In this document: in pieces, positions 28,589-38,684 of the stretch
How positions within the stretch are numbered: position 1 is the first letter of the stretch
Layout: the number at the start of each line of letters is the position of its first letter
Assembly (NCBI GenBank): GCA_050298595.1
Contig: JBNKUM010000049.1
Location: 1-38,834 of the forward strand
Origin: Gammaproteobacteria bacterium
GTDB taxonomy: Bacteria; Pseudomonadota; Gammaproteobacteria; GCA-001735895
Reading direction: 5' to 3'
Length of the DNA: 38,834 nucleotides
Position numbers and translations under genes: made by a program
Notes under the pieces: generated by a model
Databases searched by the model: none
Told to the model about the DNA's origin: nothing
What the model saw: the letters and a program-made list of their open reading frames with translations, nothing else

Positions 28589-29815
28589 TTATTGAGGGTT
28601 AGCTGTAGATTGCGCATCGGCCAATTGAACAGGCATACCGGGATAGAATATTCTTGCTACACCATCAACAATGACTTTATCGCCCACTTCCAGACCGGAA
28701 TTGACGATCCAGTAGTTCTTGCGATCCTTATCCAGATCAACCCATTCGCCCAGTTGGATACTTTTCTGTAATGCTACTGTGCCCTTGTCGGTTGTAGTGG
28801 CAACGTACACATACTTGCCACCGGGGCCATCCAGCACCGCGCGTTGAGGAACCGCTATTGCGTCAGGGCGGTAAACACCATTCAGACGAACGCGCACAAA
28901 CTGGCCGGGGGAAAGCAGCTTGTCTTCATTGGCAATGGTGGCACGCATGGCAAAGTTGCCATTATTGCTGTCTACCTTGTAATCTTTAAAATTCAGTTCT
29001 CCCGATTTAATAGCAACCCTGCTATCTGCTTCGAGTAGATCAACCTTGAAGGTTTTGTCTGCAAACTTTAAAGCACCGTTAGCCAGATCATGGCGGATTT
29101 TCACCCATTCATTTTCTGGAATGCCAAAATTGGCATACACCGGATCAATCTGTACCAGCGTCGTTAACAGGCTATTACTACCTGACTGAACCAACGCACC
29201 ACGATTCTGTAATGCACGTCCAATAACGCCGCTGACCGGTGCGCGAATACGGGTGTAATCCAGATTGATTTTTGCTGTAAGCAGATTAGCCTCTGCCAAA
29301 CTTATGGCGGCATCAGCCACGACCAGATTGGCATTAGCAATATCTACATTAGATTCCGCATCGTCCTGCTGGTTTTGACTTAGCATCTGCTTTTTAGCCA
29401 GAGGGGTAACCCGCCGAAGTTCGCGTTCAGCCTGTTTTAATTTTGCCTTGGCACTTACCTTTTGTGCGCGCGCGCTATCAATAGCCGCCAGTGCCTGCTG
29501 ATACTCGGCCTTAAAAAGTGCATCATCCAGCGTAAACAGTAATTGCGACGCTTTAACTTCACTGCCTTCATCAAAATGCTGCTGCTCAACAATACCCGTG
29601 ATACGGCTTCTGATTTCAACATCTAAAGACCCTGCAATCTGCCCGACATATTCGAAATTAATCGGGATATTTTCGCGTGCAGCCGTGATGCTGGTTACCG
29701 CAGTAGGTGGAGGGGCAGCGGCATGACTACTTTCTGCTGAAGCAGATTCTTTATTACAGGCGGTTAATAAGGCTAATAGACTTACAAATAGTCCAGATAA
29801 TATTTTTCTTCTCAT
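28589..29815 (-). CDS. RND periplasmic adaptor (AcrA/MexA-like lipoprotein)
   Basis: LTAC lipobox, NLDYTRIRAPVSG, LSPGQFVRV, VPQRAV. Confidence 0.93.
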   Translation of the reverse strand: MRRKILSGLFVSLLALLTACNKESASAESSHAAAPPPTAVTSITAARENIPINFEYVGQIAGSLDVEIRSRITGIVEQQHFDEGSEVKASQLLFTLDDALFKAEYQQALAAIDSARAQKVSAKAKLKQAERELRRVTPLAKKQMLSQNQQDDAESNVDIANANLVVADAAISLAEANLLTAKINLDYTRIRAPVSGVIGRALQNRGALVQSGSNSLLTTLVQIDPVYANFGIPENEWVKIRHDLANGALKFADKTFKVDLLEADSRVAIKSGELNFKDYKVDSNNGNFAMRATIANEDKLLSPGQFVRVRLNGVYRPDAIAVPQRAVLDGPGGKYVYVATTTDKGTVALQKSIQLGEWVDLDKDRKNYWIVNSGLEVGDKVIVDGVARIFYPGMPVQLADAQSTANPQ

Positions 29816-29997
29816 TCTTGATCCGAATTTTTGATGATAAATAGATGGTAAAAAAATGACGTGAGCCGAGAACGGCTATCATAGACTTTTCGAAATTGAA
29901 ATTCTAATCGTTCATTTTAATGATGACGTAACAAATTGTAACTGCTGGAGTTGTAAGCAAAAACACCTATTTTACTGTGGAATTAATCAGTGATTCA

Positions 29998-30345
29998 CTA
30001 CTCCTTATCCTTTTCGCCCTGTCCAGCCAGATACGCAGAGATGATCCCAACCACCCAGATACCCCCTAATAGCAGAGTAACCAGATTCATCAAATCGCCT
30101 TCACTGCCTGCGGATTGCTTTGACACCATTTCAGCAATGATAACCGGATCGAGCGGAACCGCGCCACTTTGAATCTGATCCACAATCTGATAAGCCTGAT
30201 CTATTGCTTTAGAAACAATATAGTAAGTACACGCGACTGCTATGCCTGAAATGACTGCCCCTGGAACATACCGCTTCAGATAAAAATGGCCAATACCCGG
30301 AAAGACCAATCCTGAAAGTAAAGCAGCCCTGGTGGATTTTTTCAT
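29998..30345 (-). CDS. Small membrane protein (TM2-like LSxxxPGxGHFY motif)
   Basis: AALLSGLVFPGIGHFYLKRY plus two further hydrophobic segments. Confidence 0.78.
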   Translation of the reverse strand: MKKSTRAALLSGLVFPGIGHFYLKRYVPGAVISGIAVACTYYIVSKAIDQAYQIVDQIQSGAVPLDPVIIAEMVSKQSAGSEGDLMNLVTLLLGGIWVVGIISAYLAGQGEKDKE

Positions 30346-30414
30346 TAATTAATTTCCTTGTGTGAATTCTGGTTAATACAGGGGCAAATCATACACCTGA
30401 AAAGATAAATCTCT

Positions 30415-30882
30415 CTATTGCTGAATTTCAGCAAACACGCCATTAAGCAGCTTTCTCAGGTCTTCTGGATTTAACTCTAGATCTAATCCTCTTCGACCGG
30501 CACTCACATAAATAGTGCTAAACTTTTTAGCCGAAGTATCGATGACGGTCTTTAAGCGTTTTTTTTGTCCCAACGGACTCACGCCACCGAGCACATAACC
30601 TGTTGACCTTAAGACATCATCTTTATCAGCCATAACTGCTTTTTTTACCCCAAGAGCCTTTGCCATGCGCTTCATACTGAGCATATTAGGTACAGCTATC
30701 ACCGCCACTGCCAGTTGATTATCACCGGTACTGACGACCAGTGTTTTGAACACCCTGTGCTCATCAAGGCCTAGCTTCTCAGCAGCTTCCTTACCGTAAG
30801 AGTCGCAATTAGCATCATGCTCGTATTCAAGAACGCTATGATTAATTTTATGCTTCTGCACGAGTTTAATAGCTGGAGTCAT
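30415..30882 (-). CDS. ybaK: Cys-tRNA(Pro) deacylase
   Basis: MTPAI, VFKTLV, TGYVLGGVSPLGQKK, VSAGRRGL. Confidence 0.95.
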   Translation of the reverse strand: MTPAIKLVQKHKINHSVLEYEHDANCDSYGKEAAEKLGLDEHRVFKTLVVSTGDNQLAVAVIAVPNMLSMKRMAKALGVKKAVMADKDDVLRSTGYVLGGVSPLGQKKRLKTVIDTSAKKFSTIYVSAGRRGLDLELNPEDLRKLLNGVFAEIQQ

Positions 30883-30902
30883 AAAACCGTTTCAAATACA
30901 GG

Positions 30903-31409
30903 TTAAAGTTTTAATCTAGAGACTGCCAAACGAAGAAGAGCTCGCGAATAAAGCCGATGAAAGCCTAGCAGCGCTTTAAACAGAAAACCCATTCCTGATT
31001 CACCTGTTATTCTATCAACAATAGGTACCACCGCAGAACCGAAATACAGACGCGTTGAATGACCGCTGCTATCAACAACGCTCATCAACCACGAACGTGT
31101 GCGTCCCTGGAAATCCTTCAACAATAACTGATTGAGAGCTCTATCTTCAACACTCCATGCAGCAAAGCCTTCGATGCTACCCTCAGCCAACCCGCGAGCC
31201 TGTAGATCTGTTGAAGGACGCGCAAGCAACAAGCTCAACAGCAATCGTTCGAGTTTAAACAAAGGCGTGGTATAAAAAGCTTCAACGAATTGAGCCTGTG
31301 AAACCTGCCCTGTGATTTCGCTGACATAACAATCGGTGTATGCGCCACTGTCCTGATAGCGTCTAAGCAGTGCTTTATCGGGTAATTTACAGGTTTGAAT
31401 TGAGGCCAT
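30903..31409 (-). CDS. Conserved hypothetical protein (DUF2867-like)
   Basis: AYTDCY, FVEAFYTTPLFKLER, LYFGSAV, LLGFHRLYSRALL; likely start MASIQ at 31409. Confidence 0.75.
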   Translation of the reverse strand: MASIQTCKLPDKALLRRYQDSGAYTDCYVSEITGQVSQAQFVEAFYTTPLFKLERLLLSLLLARPSTDLQARGLAEGSIEGFAAWSVEDRALNQLLLKDFQGRTRSWLMSVVDSSGHSTRLYFGSAVVPIVDRITGESGMGFLFKALLGFHRLYSRALLRLAVSRLKL

Positions 31410-31480
31410 AATTGATAATATCCATTTGATCAAAGGAGTACAGCCTTTATTAAAGTTTAATAGACTTCGGATTCACCCGC

Positions 31481-31515
31481 AAAAAAACAAACCCCGTGAA
31501 ACGTCAACGGGGTTT
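31481..31515 (-). terminator. Terminator of the sarcosine oxidase operon
   Basis: AAACCCCGT-loop-ACGGGGTTT followed by a T-run on the minus strand. Confidence 0.8.
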
Positions 31516-31535
31516 ATAAAAATGACAAGGTTTTT

Positions 31536-32207
31536 TTAAGCCTCAATAACCAGACCAAATTCACGACTGGTATCCTGTATCCAGAGCCAGATGTAGTCGG
31601 CAAAGCTTCGACGGATAACCAGTTCAAAACGCTTATCATCGATACGTCGAATGACCGCTGCACTCTTGGCAAAAACTGTGGACACAACCTTACCCACTGG
31701 AAACTGCTTGATATGTAGATCTACTGGCGTACATTTCTTCAATAAATCAACCACATTATCACCAGACAATTCCAGTACGGTTGAACCGCCACTACTGTTT
31801 ACCAGTGAGTAGTGCCCTGCCATCTCATCACGAAATTTTGACTCTATATCAAAGGCTTCCTGACCAGGTACCAGAATCAGCCATTCATCCGGTGAAATCC
31901 AGCGTATAGAATAATCGCCCTTTTCTACTGATGTTAGCGGCTTTAGTGGCAGCCTTGTTCCTAGCACACGTTCAACAGCTGCGAGCTGGTCTGCATTTTC
32001 CGGGTTACATCGAAGCGTCAGGTGCCCAAGTAGCTTTCTCTCACGCAGATGGATACCACCGGTTTTCGGCCCCTGTTTTGCCAGACTTTCCAGTTCTACA
32101 TGGTGTAGTGGAGACTGCCCCTGAATTTCAACAGCCGGTACCTGATTCATAACTGCTGCTTTTGTTGCTGCAGTCTGCTCTGCAGTCATTACCTGTTGAT
32201 CAGACAT
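31536..32207 (-). CDS. soxG: Sarcosine oxidase subunit gamma
   Basis: WISPDEWLI, KCTPVDLH, RRSFADYIW; probable start MSDQQ overlapping the soxA end. Confidence 0.92.
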   Translation of the reverse strand: MSDQQVMTAEQTAATKAAVMNQVPAVEIQGQSPLHHVELESLAKQGPKTGGIHLRERKLLGHLTLRCNPENADQLAAVERVLGTRLPLKPLTSVEKGDYSIRWISPDEWLILVPGQEAFDIESKFRDEMAGHYSLVNSSGGSTVLELSGDNVVDLLKKCTPVDLHIKQFPVGKVVSTVFAKSAAVIRRIDDKRFELVIRRSFADYIWLWIQDTSREFGLVIEA

Positions 32208-35200
32208 TTTGACGTTCCCCTTTTGGATCATAGAAGATGGGGCTGCAGATCTCAGCCTCAATCACGCGACCATCGGCCAGCGGGTAGTATACTTTATCAC
32301 CCATTTTATCCAGCCCACCCTTTATCACACCCATCGCAATGGAATGTCCGAGACTCTCACTCCAGTAACTGGAGGTCACATGGCCTACCATAGGCATGGG
32401 TATGGGCGCATCAGGATCAAGCACGGCCTGTGCACCTTCTGGAATGACTACCTTAGGGTCAGTGGTTTTTAGCCCCACCAGTTGCTTACGATTTTCCCTC
32501 ACGCAGTCCTCACGATTCATCCCGCGCTTGCCAATGAAGCTAAACGGTTTCTGGTTTGAGACACACCATCCCATACCCAGATCGTAAGGATGCATCGAGC
32601 CATCGGTATCCTGCCCGGTGATAATAAAGCCTTTCTCAGCACGCAGGATATGCATGGTCTCTGTGCCATAGGGTGTTAGATCATACTTTGCGCCAGCCTC
32701 AATTAACTGCTCCCACACATGCATACCGTAGTTAGCCTGTACATTGATCTCAAATGAAAGCTCGCCGGTGAATGAGATACGGAAAACACGTGCGGGTACA
32801 CCAGCTACGGTCATCTGCTTCCAGTCCATAAAGCTGAAATTTTCATTACTGAGATCGAAATCCGTCAGCTCTGCCAGCAACTTTCGGCTATTCGGTCCGG
32901 TAATGGTTGCGGTCGCCCAGTGGTCGGTGACGGTATTGAAATACACTTCCAGCTCTGGCCATTCGGTTTGATGGTAGAGCTCCAGCCATTCATAGACATG
33001 TGCAGCACCACCGGTAGTCGTGGTCATTACAAAATGGTTTTCGCCGAGACAAGCAGTAACACCGTCGTCAAACACCATGCCATCTTCACCACACATCAGG
33101 CCGTAACGACATTTGCCTACAGGTAATTTAGCCCAGGCATTGGTATACACACGCCCCAGAAATTCACGAGCATCCTTACCCTGGATATCAATCTTACCCA
33201 ACGTCGATGCATCCAGAATGCCGATTGAGTTGCGCACTGCAAGACATTCACGGTTGAGTGCATCCTGCATGCTTTCGCCTGCTTTGGGAAAATACCAGGG
33301 ACGCTTCCACTGACCAACATCTTCAAATTTCGCACCATGCTCTACATGCCATTTGTGCATAGCGGTGTAACGCTTGGGAGCAAAAAGTTCACCACAGTTA
33401 CGCCCGGCAATGGCGCCAAAGGTAACCGGCGTGTAATTGGGTCGAAAGATCGTGGTACCTGTTTCAGGGATAGATTTATTAAGAGCTTTTGCAGCTACGG
33501 CCATGCCATTGATATTGCCTAGCTTGCCCTGATCAGTGCCGAAACCCATAGCCGTATAACGCTTAACATGCTCGATGGATTCAAAGCCTTCGCGACAGGC
33601 CAGCTCGATACCGGCGGCAGTCACATCAGTCTGGTAATCGATAAACTGTTTCGGTGCCTGGGAGGTCGGCTTAACATGAGGAATATGGAACAGGCTCATC
33701 GGTGCATCCTGCTGTAACATCTGTGCTTCTGGCAGATCCATTTCAGCAGCAGCCAGTCCTATTTCGCTCAAGGCTTTTTGACCGGCCTCTAAACCCTCAT
33801 TGAGTGCAGCAGCCGTTTCATACTGGCCGTTTATGCCACCAGCGCTCAGCTGTTTCTGTACAGTAGGACCCGGCAGAAAACCAACTACTTCATCACTCCA
33901 TGTCGGACGACTCCCGGTGTGGCAGGACAGGTGAATAACCGGACTCCAGCCCCCAGAGGTGGCAACGGTATCTGCTTTCAGATTCGTTACCGGACCGATA
34001 ACCTTATCACCACTGCCGCTGATCGAAGCAATACTCACGCCTGATACACGCTTACTACCCTGCACTTCTATAACCGCAGCGCCGCATATAATCTTCAGGC
34101 CACGTTTGCGCGCGGCTTCAACTCTATCACCGCTGGAAGTCGCACGAGTATCAACTATGGCCACCACCTTACGACCGGCATCATCCCAGTCCAGAGCAGC
34201 CTGATAGCCATAATCGTTGGTGGTCATCACTACCAGATCATTACCCGGCACCACACCATAGCGATTGATGTAGCTGGATACTGCATTGCAAAGCATACAA
34301 CCGGGTACATCGTTATTGGAAAAAACCAGTGGACGTTCATGAGCACCCGTCGCCAGTACCACCCACTTCGCGCGAACACGATGCATGCGCTGGCGCACCT
34401 GATTGTCTGGCGCTTTGTCTACTAGATGATCGGTGCAACGTTGGTGAATAGTCAGGAAGTTATGATCGTGATAACCATTTACAGTAGAGCGTGGCAGTAA
34501 AAGAACATCTTCATAGCTGCTCAATTCTTCAACTACAGAACTCACCCATTCTGCTGCGGGTTTACCGTCCAGAGTTTCCTTGCTGCTCAATAGACTGCCG
34601 CCAAATTCATTCTGCTCATCGGCAATTATGACTCGCGCTCCACCACGTGCAGCGGTCAATGCTGCCGCCAGACCGGCGGGGCCTGCACCAACAATCATCA
34701 CATCGCAATGCTGGTTAACACTGTCATAGGTATCGAGGTCATTTTGCAGTGGCGAACGCCCCAGTCCAGCTGCCTTACGAATCATCGACTCATAGGTATC
34801 CCATAGAGATTGTGGATACATGAAGGTTTTGTAATAGAAGCCGGGGGGCATCATTTTGCCACCGACCTTACCAATGATCCCCATCAGATCATTATCGACA
34901 CTCGGCCAGCCATTGGTTGAAGCAGCAACCAGGCCATAGAATAATTCCTGCTGAGTCGCACGAACGTTGGGTACCTGAGTGGCTTCGGTAGCCCCTAGCT
35001 GCAAAACAGCATTGGGCTCTTCTGCTCCGCAGGCAATGATGCCACGCGGACGGCTGTATTTAAAACTACGGCCAACCACATCAATGCCATTGGCTAGCAT
35101 GGCAGAAGCCAGCGTATCACCCTGATAGCCCTGATATTCCTTTCCATTGAATATAAAGGTCAGCGGTTTAGTACGGTCGATTCGACCGCCGCTTTGCAGG

Positions 35201-35217
35201 CGATTTTTCTGTGTCAT
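32200..35217 (-). CDS. soxA: Sarcosine oxidase subunit alpha
   Basis: GDTLASAMLANG, RSFKYSRPRG, GAGPAG, HVKRYT..GFGTDQGK, GcvT-like C-terminus. Confidence 0.96.
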   Translation of the reverse strand: MTQKNRLQSGGRIDRTKPLTFIFNGKEYQGYQGDTLASAMLANGIDVVGRSFKYSRPRGIIACGAEEPNAVLQLGATEATQVPNVRATQQELFYGLVAASTNGWPSVDNDLMGIIGKVGGKMMPPGFYYKTFMYPQSLWDTYESMIRKAAGLGRSPLQNDLDTYDSVNQHCDVMIVGAGPAGLAAALTAARGGARVIIADEQNEFGGSLLSSKETLDGKPAAEWVSSVVEELSSYEDVLLLPRSTVNGYHDHNFLTIHQRCTDHLVDKAPDNQVRQRMHRVRAKWVVLATGAHERPLVFSNNDVPGCMLCNAVSSYINRYGVVPGNDLVVMTTNDYGYQAALDWDDAGRKVVAIVDTRATSSGDRVEAARKRGLKIICGAAVIEVQGSKRVSGVSIASISGSGDKVIGPVTNLKADTVATSGGWSPVIHLSCHTGSRPTWSDEVVGFLPGPTVQKQLSAGGINGQYETAAALNEGLEAGQKALSEIGLAAAEMDLPEAQMLQQDAPMSLFHIPHVKPTSQAPKQFIDYQTDVTAAGIELACREGFESIEHVKRYTAMGFGTDQGKLGNINGMAVAAKALNKSIPETGTTIFRPNYTPVTFGAIAGRNCGELFAPKRYTAMHKWHVEHGAKFEDVGQWKRPWYFPKAGESMQDALNRECLAVRNSIGILDASTLGKIDIQGKDAREFLGRVYTNAWAKLPVGKCRYGLMCGEDGMVFDDGVTACLGENHFVMTTTTGGAAHVYEWLELYHQTEWPELEVYFNTVTDHWATATITGPNSRKLLAELTDFDLSNENFSFMDWKQMTVAGVPARVFRISFTGELSFEINVQANYGMHVWEQLIEAGAKYDLTPYGTETMHILRAEKGFIITGQDTDGSMHPYDLGMGWCVSNQKPFSFIGKRGMNREDCVRENRKQLVGLKTTDPKVVIPEGAQAVLDPDAPIPMPMVGHVTSSYWSESLGHSIAMGVIKGGLDKMGDKVYYPLADGRVIEAEICSPIFYDPKGERQNV

Positions 35218-35229
35218 TATTCCGCTCCC

Positions 35230-35514
35230 TTAGTCGGCTACTACAGAAGGCTGTTCACCAACCTTGTAGACTTCTTTGATTTCGTAGGTCTGGGTGTCAC
35301 GAGTCATGTTAAAGAACTTACGACAACCGGCAGCATGCACCCATAATTCGTGATGCAATCCTCGAGGGTTTTTGCGGAAGAACAGGAACTCGCCCCACTC
35401 TTTATCAGAACAGGCTTCTGGATCCAGAGGTCTTGCAATATGCGCCTGACCTGCCGGATGAAACTCTTCTTCTTCGCGATATTCTGCACAGTGCGGGCAG
35501 TAGATATGAAACAT
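35230..35514 (-). CDS. soxD: Sarcosine oxidase subunit delta
   Basis: CPHC...HELWVHAAGCRKFFN zinc site. Confidence 0.95.
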   Translation of the reverse strand: MFHIYCPHCAEYREEEEFHPAGQAHIARPLDPEACSDKEWGEFLFFRKNPRGLHHELWVHAAGCRKFFNMTRDTQTYEIKEVYKVGEQPSVVAD

Positions 35515-35530
35515 AGTATTAGTTCTCCCT

Positions 35531-36784
35531 TTAGTGGGCTACGCCAGCAGCGCCGTGCTCATCGATAAGCGCGCCGTTGTGGAATCGAAACATAGAGAAT
35601 GGCTCGGCTAAGGGGTGCATCTCACCCTTTGCCAGACAGGCTGCAAAAACGTTACCGGAACCTGGTGTCGCCTTGAATCCGCCGGTTCCCCAACCACAGT
35701 TAAAAAACAGGTTATTAACTGGCGTCTTACTCATGATAGGACAGGCATCTGGACAGGTATCGACAATACCGCCCCATTGACGATTCATGCGCACCCGACT
35801 AAAGATGGGGAAGAGTTCAACAATCGCCTGAACGGTATGCTCAATAGTCGGGTATGAACCGCGTTGGCCATAACCGTTATAACCATCGATACCAGCACCA
35901 ATCACCAGGTCGCCTTTATCTGACTGGCTGACATAGCCATGCACCTGATTCGACATCACGACCGTATTTAGTATCGGTTTGATCGGTTCAGACACCAGAG
36001 CCTGCAGGGGATGTGATTCCAGAGGTAACTCGAAACCGGCCATCTTTGCCACCACTCCCGAATTACCGGCCACTACGCTACCTACACGGTCAGCTTTAAT
36101 CTCGCCATAACGATTTGTGTTTACACCGGTAATAGTGCCATCCTCAATAATCAGTCCCGTGACTTCGGTTTGCTGAATCAGATCCACGCCGTAGGAATCA
36201 GCACCACGAGCAAAGCCCCAGGCAACAGCATCATGCCGTGCCACACCACCGCGTGGTTGCCAGGATGCACCCAACACGGGATAACGTGTGTTCGCAGAAC
36301 AATCCATATGCGGCACGATTTCTTTAATCTGCTGCGCATCCAGAACTTCACCATCGATGCCATTAAGACGATTAGCATTCACCCGGCGTTGAATATCACG
36401 CATATCCTGCAGAGTATGCCCCAGATTCAATACGCCACGTTGTGAGAACATCACGTTATAGTTGAGGTCCTGAGACAGGCCTTCCCACAACTTCATAGAA
36501 TGTTCATACAGGTGAGCCGATTCATCCCAAAGATAGTTAGAACGCACGATGGTGGTGTTACGCGCGGTGTTACCGCCACCCAGATAGCCCTTCTCAATCA
36601 CTGCAACATTAGTCACACCGTGCTCTTTAGCTAGATAGTAAGCTGTTGCCAGGCCATGACCGCCGCCACCGATAATGATCACATCATATTTCTTCTTCGG
36701 AGTCGGATTTCGCCATACGCGCTGCCAGTTTTCATGGTGCGTCAGACTGTGTTTGAGCAGTCCAAAACCTGAATAACGTTGCAT
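35531..36784 (-). CDS. soxB: Sarcosine oxidase subunit beta
   Basis: [45 protein letters not shown]. Confidence 0.96.
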   Translation of the reverse strand: MQRYSGFGLLKHSLTHHENWQRVWRNPTPKKKYDVIIIGGGGHGLATAYYLAKEHGVTNVAVIEKGYLGGGNTARNTTIVRSNYLWDESAHLYEHSMKLWEGLSQDLNYNVMFSQRGVLNLGHTLQDMRDIQRRVNANRLNGIDGEVLDAQQIKEIVPHMDCSANTRYPVLGASWQPRGGVARHDAVAWGFARGADSYGVDLIQQTEVTGLIIEDGTITGVNTNRYGEIKADRVGSVVAGNSGVVAKMAGFELPLESHPLQALVSEPIKPILNTVVMSNQVHGYVSQSDKGDLVIGAGIDGYNGYGQRGSYPTIEHTVQAIVELFPIFSRVRMNRQWGGIVDTCPDACPIMSKTPVNNLFFNCGWGTGGFKATPGSGNVFAACLAKGEMHPLAEPFSMFRFHNGALIDEHGAAGVAH

Positions 36785-36968
36785 TTTTTAAGCTCCTGAA
36801 TAATAAAAACCGCCACGACAAAAAACGGCGGTCAAAAGGAAATATTAACGGCACAGCAAAACCCCGTTATGCGTCAAAGCGCCTTTGGATAGTCTATTTA
36901 CGACAGAGATAAAGTGAATAGAAAAAGCACCTGATTTATACCTCAAAGTTCAATGCCTGCCAACCACT

Positions 36969-37097
36969 CTTTCCACCCTGCTCCAGTACATGCATCAGTG
37001 GCATCATGGCCGCCATAATCTATCGTCCTTTGTTGAAATCGTTTTCCAGTACGCATGCCCGGAACAAAGCGAGATATTCTTCAGGTAGAAAATTTGA
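36969..37097 (-). pseudogene. Internal fragment of a dihydrodipicolinate synthase (DapA)-family gene
   Basis: SNFLPEEYLALFRACVLENDFNKGR*IMAAMMPLMHVLEQGGK with an in-frame TAG; family recognised from memory only. Confidence 0.6.
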
Positions 37098-37152
37098 AAG
37101 TGATCTATAGTTTATCTGCACATATCTGGCGAGTGATTATTAACAGTTCAAA

Positions 37153-37395
37153 CCTGGATTCCGAAGTTGGACGAGTTGTAGTGCGTTTGAGGTAGTGTAG
37201 GTCAAGGCTACGACGCGGAATAGCGAGCTATTCCAAGGAGTTACAAGTCCTGTCGCGTCCTCGGCTCGGGCATCCTGCTTCGCCCTACCTCCTCCCTCCC
37301 TGGAGTCGTGCTCACGCCCCTTACCTATGTCCTTATAGGCAAGGCTTCCGCGTCCTGCTCACGCCCCTTACCTATGTCCTTATAGGCATCACAGA
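37153..37395 (+). mobile_element. One-ended MITE copy with two modules, the first interrupted by module B
   Basis: Starts CCTGGATTCCGAAGTTG. Unit 1 at 37244-37339 contains the 48-nt insert 37261-37308; unit 2 at 37340-37386. Confidence 0.85.
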
Positions 37396-37545
37396 TCACG
37401 TCGACAGATGGAACGTCTGTTTCGCCTCACCTGGCTCGATCAGACAAAAGCATAATAATTAAAATTATCTGCTCACACATAACATTAGGTATAAAACTTA
37501 ACTTAATGATTTTATTATAAAATATTGCAGGAAGTGTTAACTGCA

Positions 37546-37576
37546 CAGATCTCTTCGATAAGCCTCGAAGAGACCT
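37546..37576 (-). terminator. Hairpin downstream of the FKBP-rhodanese gene
   Basis: CAGATCTCTTCGA-TAAGCC-TCGAAGAGACCTG; weak U tail. Confidence 0.45.
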
Positions 37577-37588
37577 GCGTTACAGAGA

Positions 37589-38317
37589 TTAAAACTTTAC
37601 TACCGAATTACCTTCACTTATCCATCTGGTAATGCCATCTTTTACATTGTAGATTTTGTTGAAGCCGAGCTTCTTACTGAAATATGCAGCAGCACTTTTG
37701 GTACGGTTTCCTGTGCGGCATATAAGAATGACGGGCTCATTCTTATCAATTTCTTTAATAAAAGTCGGTATAAAATCCTTGTTCAGACCGCCTTTCGCAT
37801 CAAACAGAGTTAGCTTACGACTACCCGCAACAACACCGGTTTGCTTCCATTCTTCTTCTCTACGAATATCATAGATTTTTACGCCTTCGCTCAACAGTTT
37901 TTTAAGTTCTTCATTACTAATGTTGGTATAAGTAGGCACAACAATTGAAAGCAGCTCAACCTCAAACTTCAGGGTTGAGTCAGCCGGAATCAGGCCGCCG
38001 CCTACCTCGCGACTGCCATAAGCAAGCTCAGCAGGAATGATGAGTTCACGCTTACTGCCGACGTGCATACCAACAACTCCCTGATCCCAACCCTTGATAA
38101 CACGTCCAGCCCCGAGCTCGAACTCAAAAGGCTGATTACGATCAACGCTAGAATCAAACTTTTTGCCGTCCATTAACCAGCCGGTATAGTGAACCGAAAC
38201 CGTATCACCCGTCTGGGCAATAGCACCTTCGCCTTTTTGAAGCTCTTTGATTTCGAGTCCGGCAGCATAGGCAGTTGCCAATGACAGAGATAAAAATAAT
38301 CCAATGATATAACGCAA
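37589..38317 (-). CDS. Exported FKBP-type PPIase fused to a rhodanese domain
   Basis: Signal peptide (AYA/A); VHYTGWL, FDSS, VIKGWDQG, IP.ELAYG, FEVELL; then DIRREEEW..G and ILICRTGNRT, GITRW. TTG start with GAGG RBS. Confidence 0.9.
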   Translation of the reverse strand: MRYIIGLFLSLSLATAYAAGLEIKELQKGEGAIAQTGDTVSVHYTGWLMDGKKFDSSVDRNQPFEFELGAGRVIKGWDQGVVGMHVGSKRELIIPAELAYGSREVGGGLIPADSTLKFEVELLSIVVPTYTNISNEELKKLLSEGVKIYDIRREEEWKQTGVVAGSRKLTLFDAKGGLNKDFIPTFIKEIDKNEPVILICRTGNRTKSAAAYFSKKLGFNKIYNVKDGITRWISEGNSVVKF

Positions 38318-38406
38318 AACTAATTCCTCTTAAAATGGCAAGTAAAGTTCCAGAGCTTTTAAGACCATTGTAGGTAACAATAATTCCCCAGAATCTGGTG
38401 CGCCCC

Positions 38407-38436
38407 AGGGCCTGTCAACACGTGTTAACAGGCCCT
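38407..38436. repeat. 30-bp palindrome resembling two abutting IS5-family-like termini
   Basis: AGGGCCTGTCAACAC-GTGTTAACAGGCCCT, one mismatch, no spacer. Confidence 0.55.
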
Positions 38437-38684
38437 AAAAAGCTCGAGAAACATAAAAGGATTCTGGTCACACCCAATTACAAGGAAAAAGTTCTCGTTA
38501 ACTAGTTGTCACCACTCACCATCATTTACTATGTTTTAAAAGCGAACAAAGGCTGATGACTATCAACTTGAAATTATTTTCATTCACTAAAACTAATGTC
38601 CACAAATGAGGGGCTCAGATCTGGCTTTTTGAATTGATCATTAATTGAACTATTTATTGATAAGAGCAATTCAATCTCTTCGTG

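Noticed and set aside
11679-36445. Numerous 60-130 aa antisense or alternate-frame ORFs inside long genes
   Set aside because: Shadow ORFs of well-supported CDSs, with no motifs or RBS.
31536-36784. sox genes as the thiosulfate-oxidation Sox system
   Set aside because: The motifs are those of heterotetrameric sarcosine oxidase; only the gene names coincide.
36790-36960. Glycine riboswitch upstream of soxB
   Set aside because: The GGAGAG / CTCAGG-type conserved aptamer motifs are not seen.
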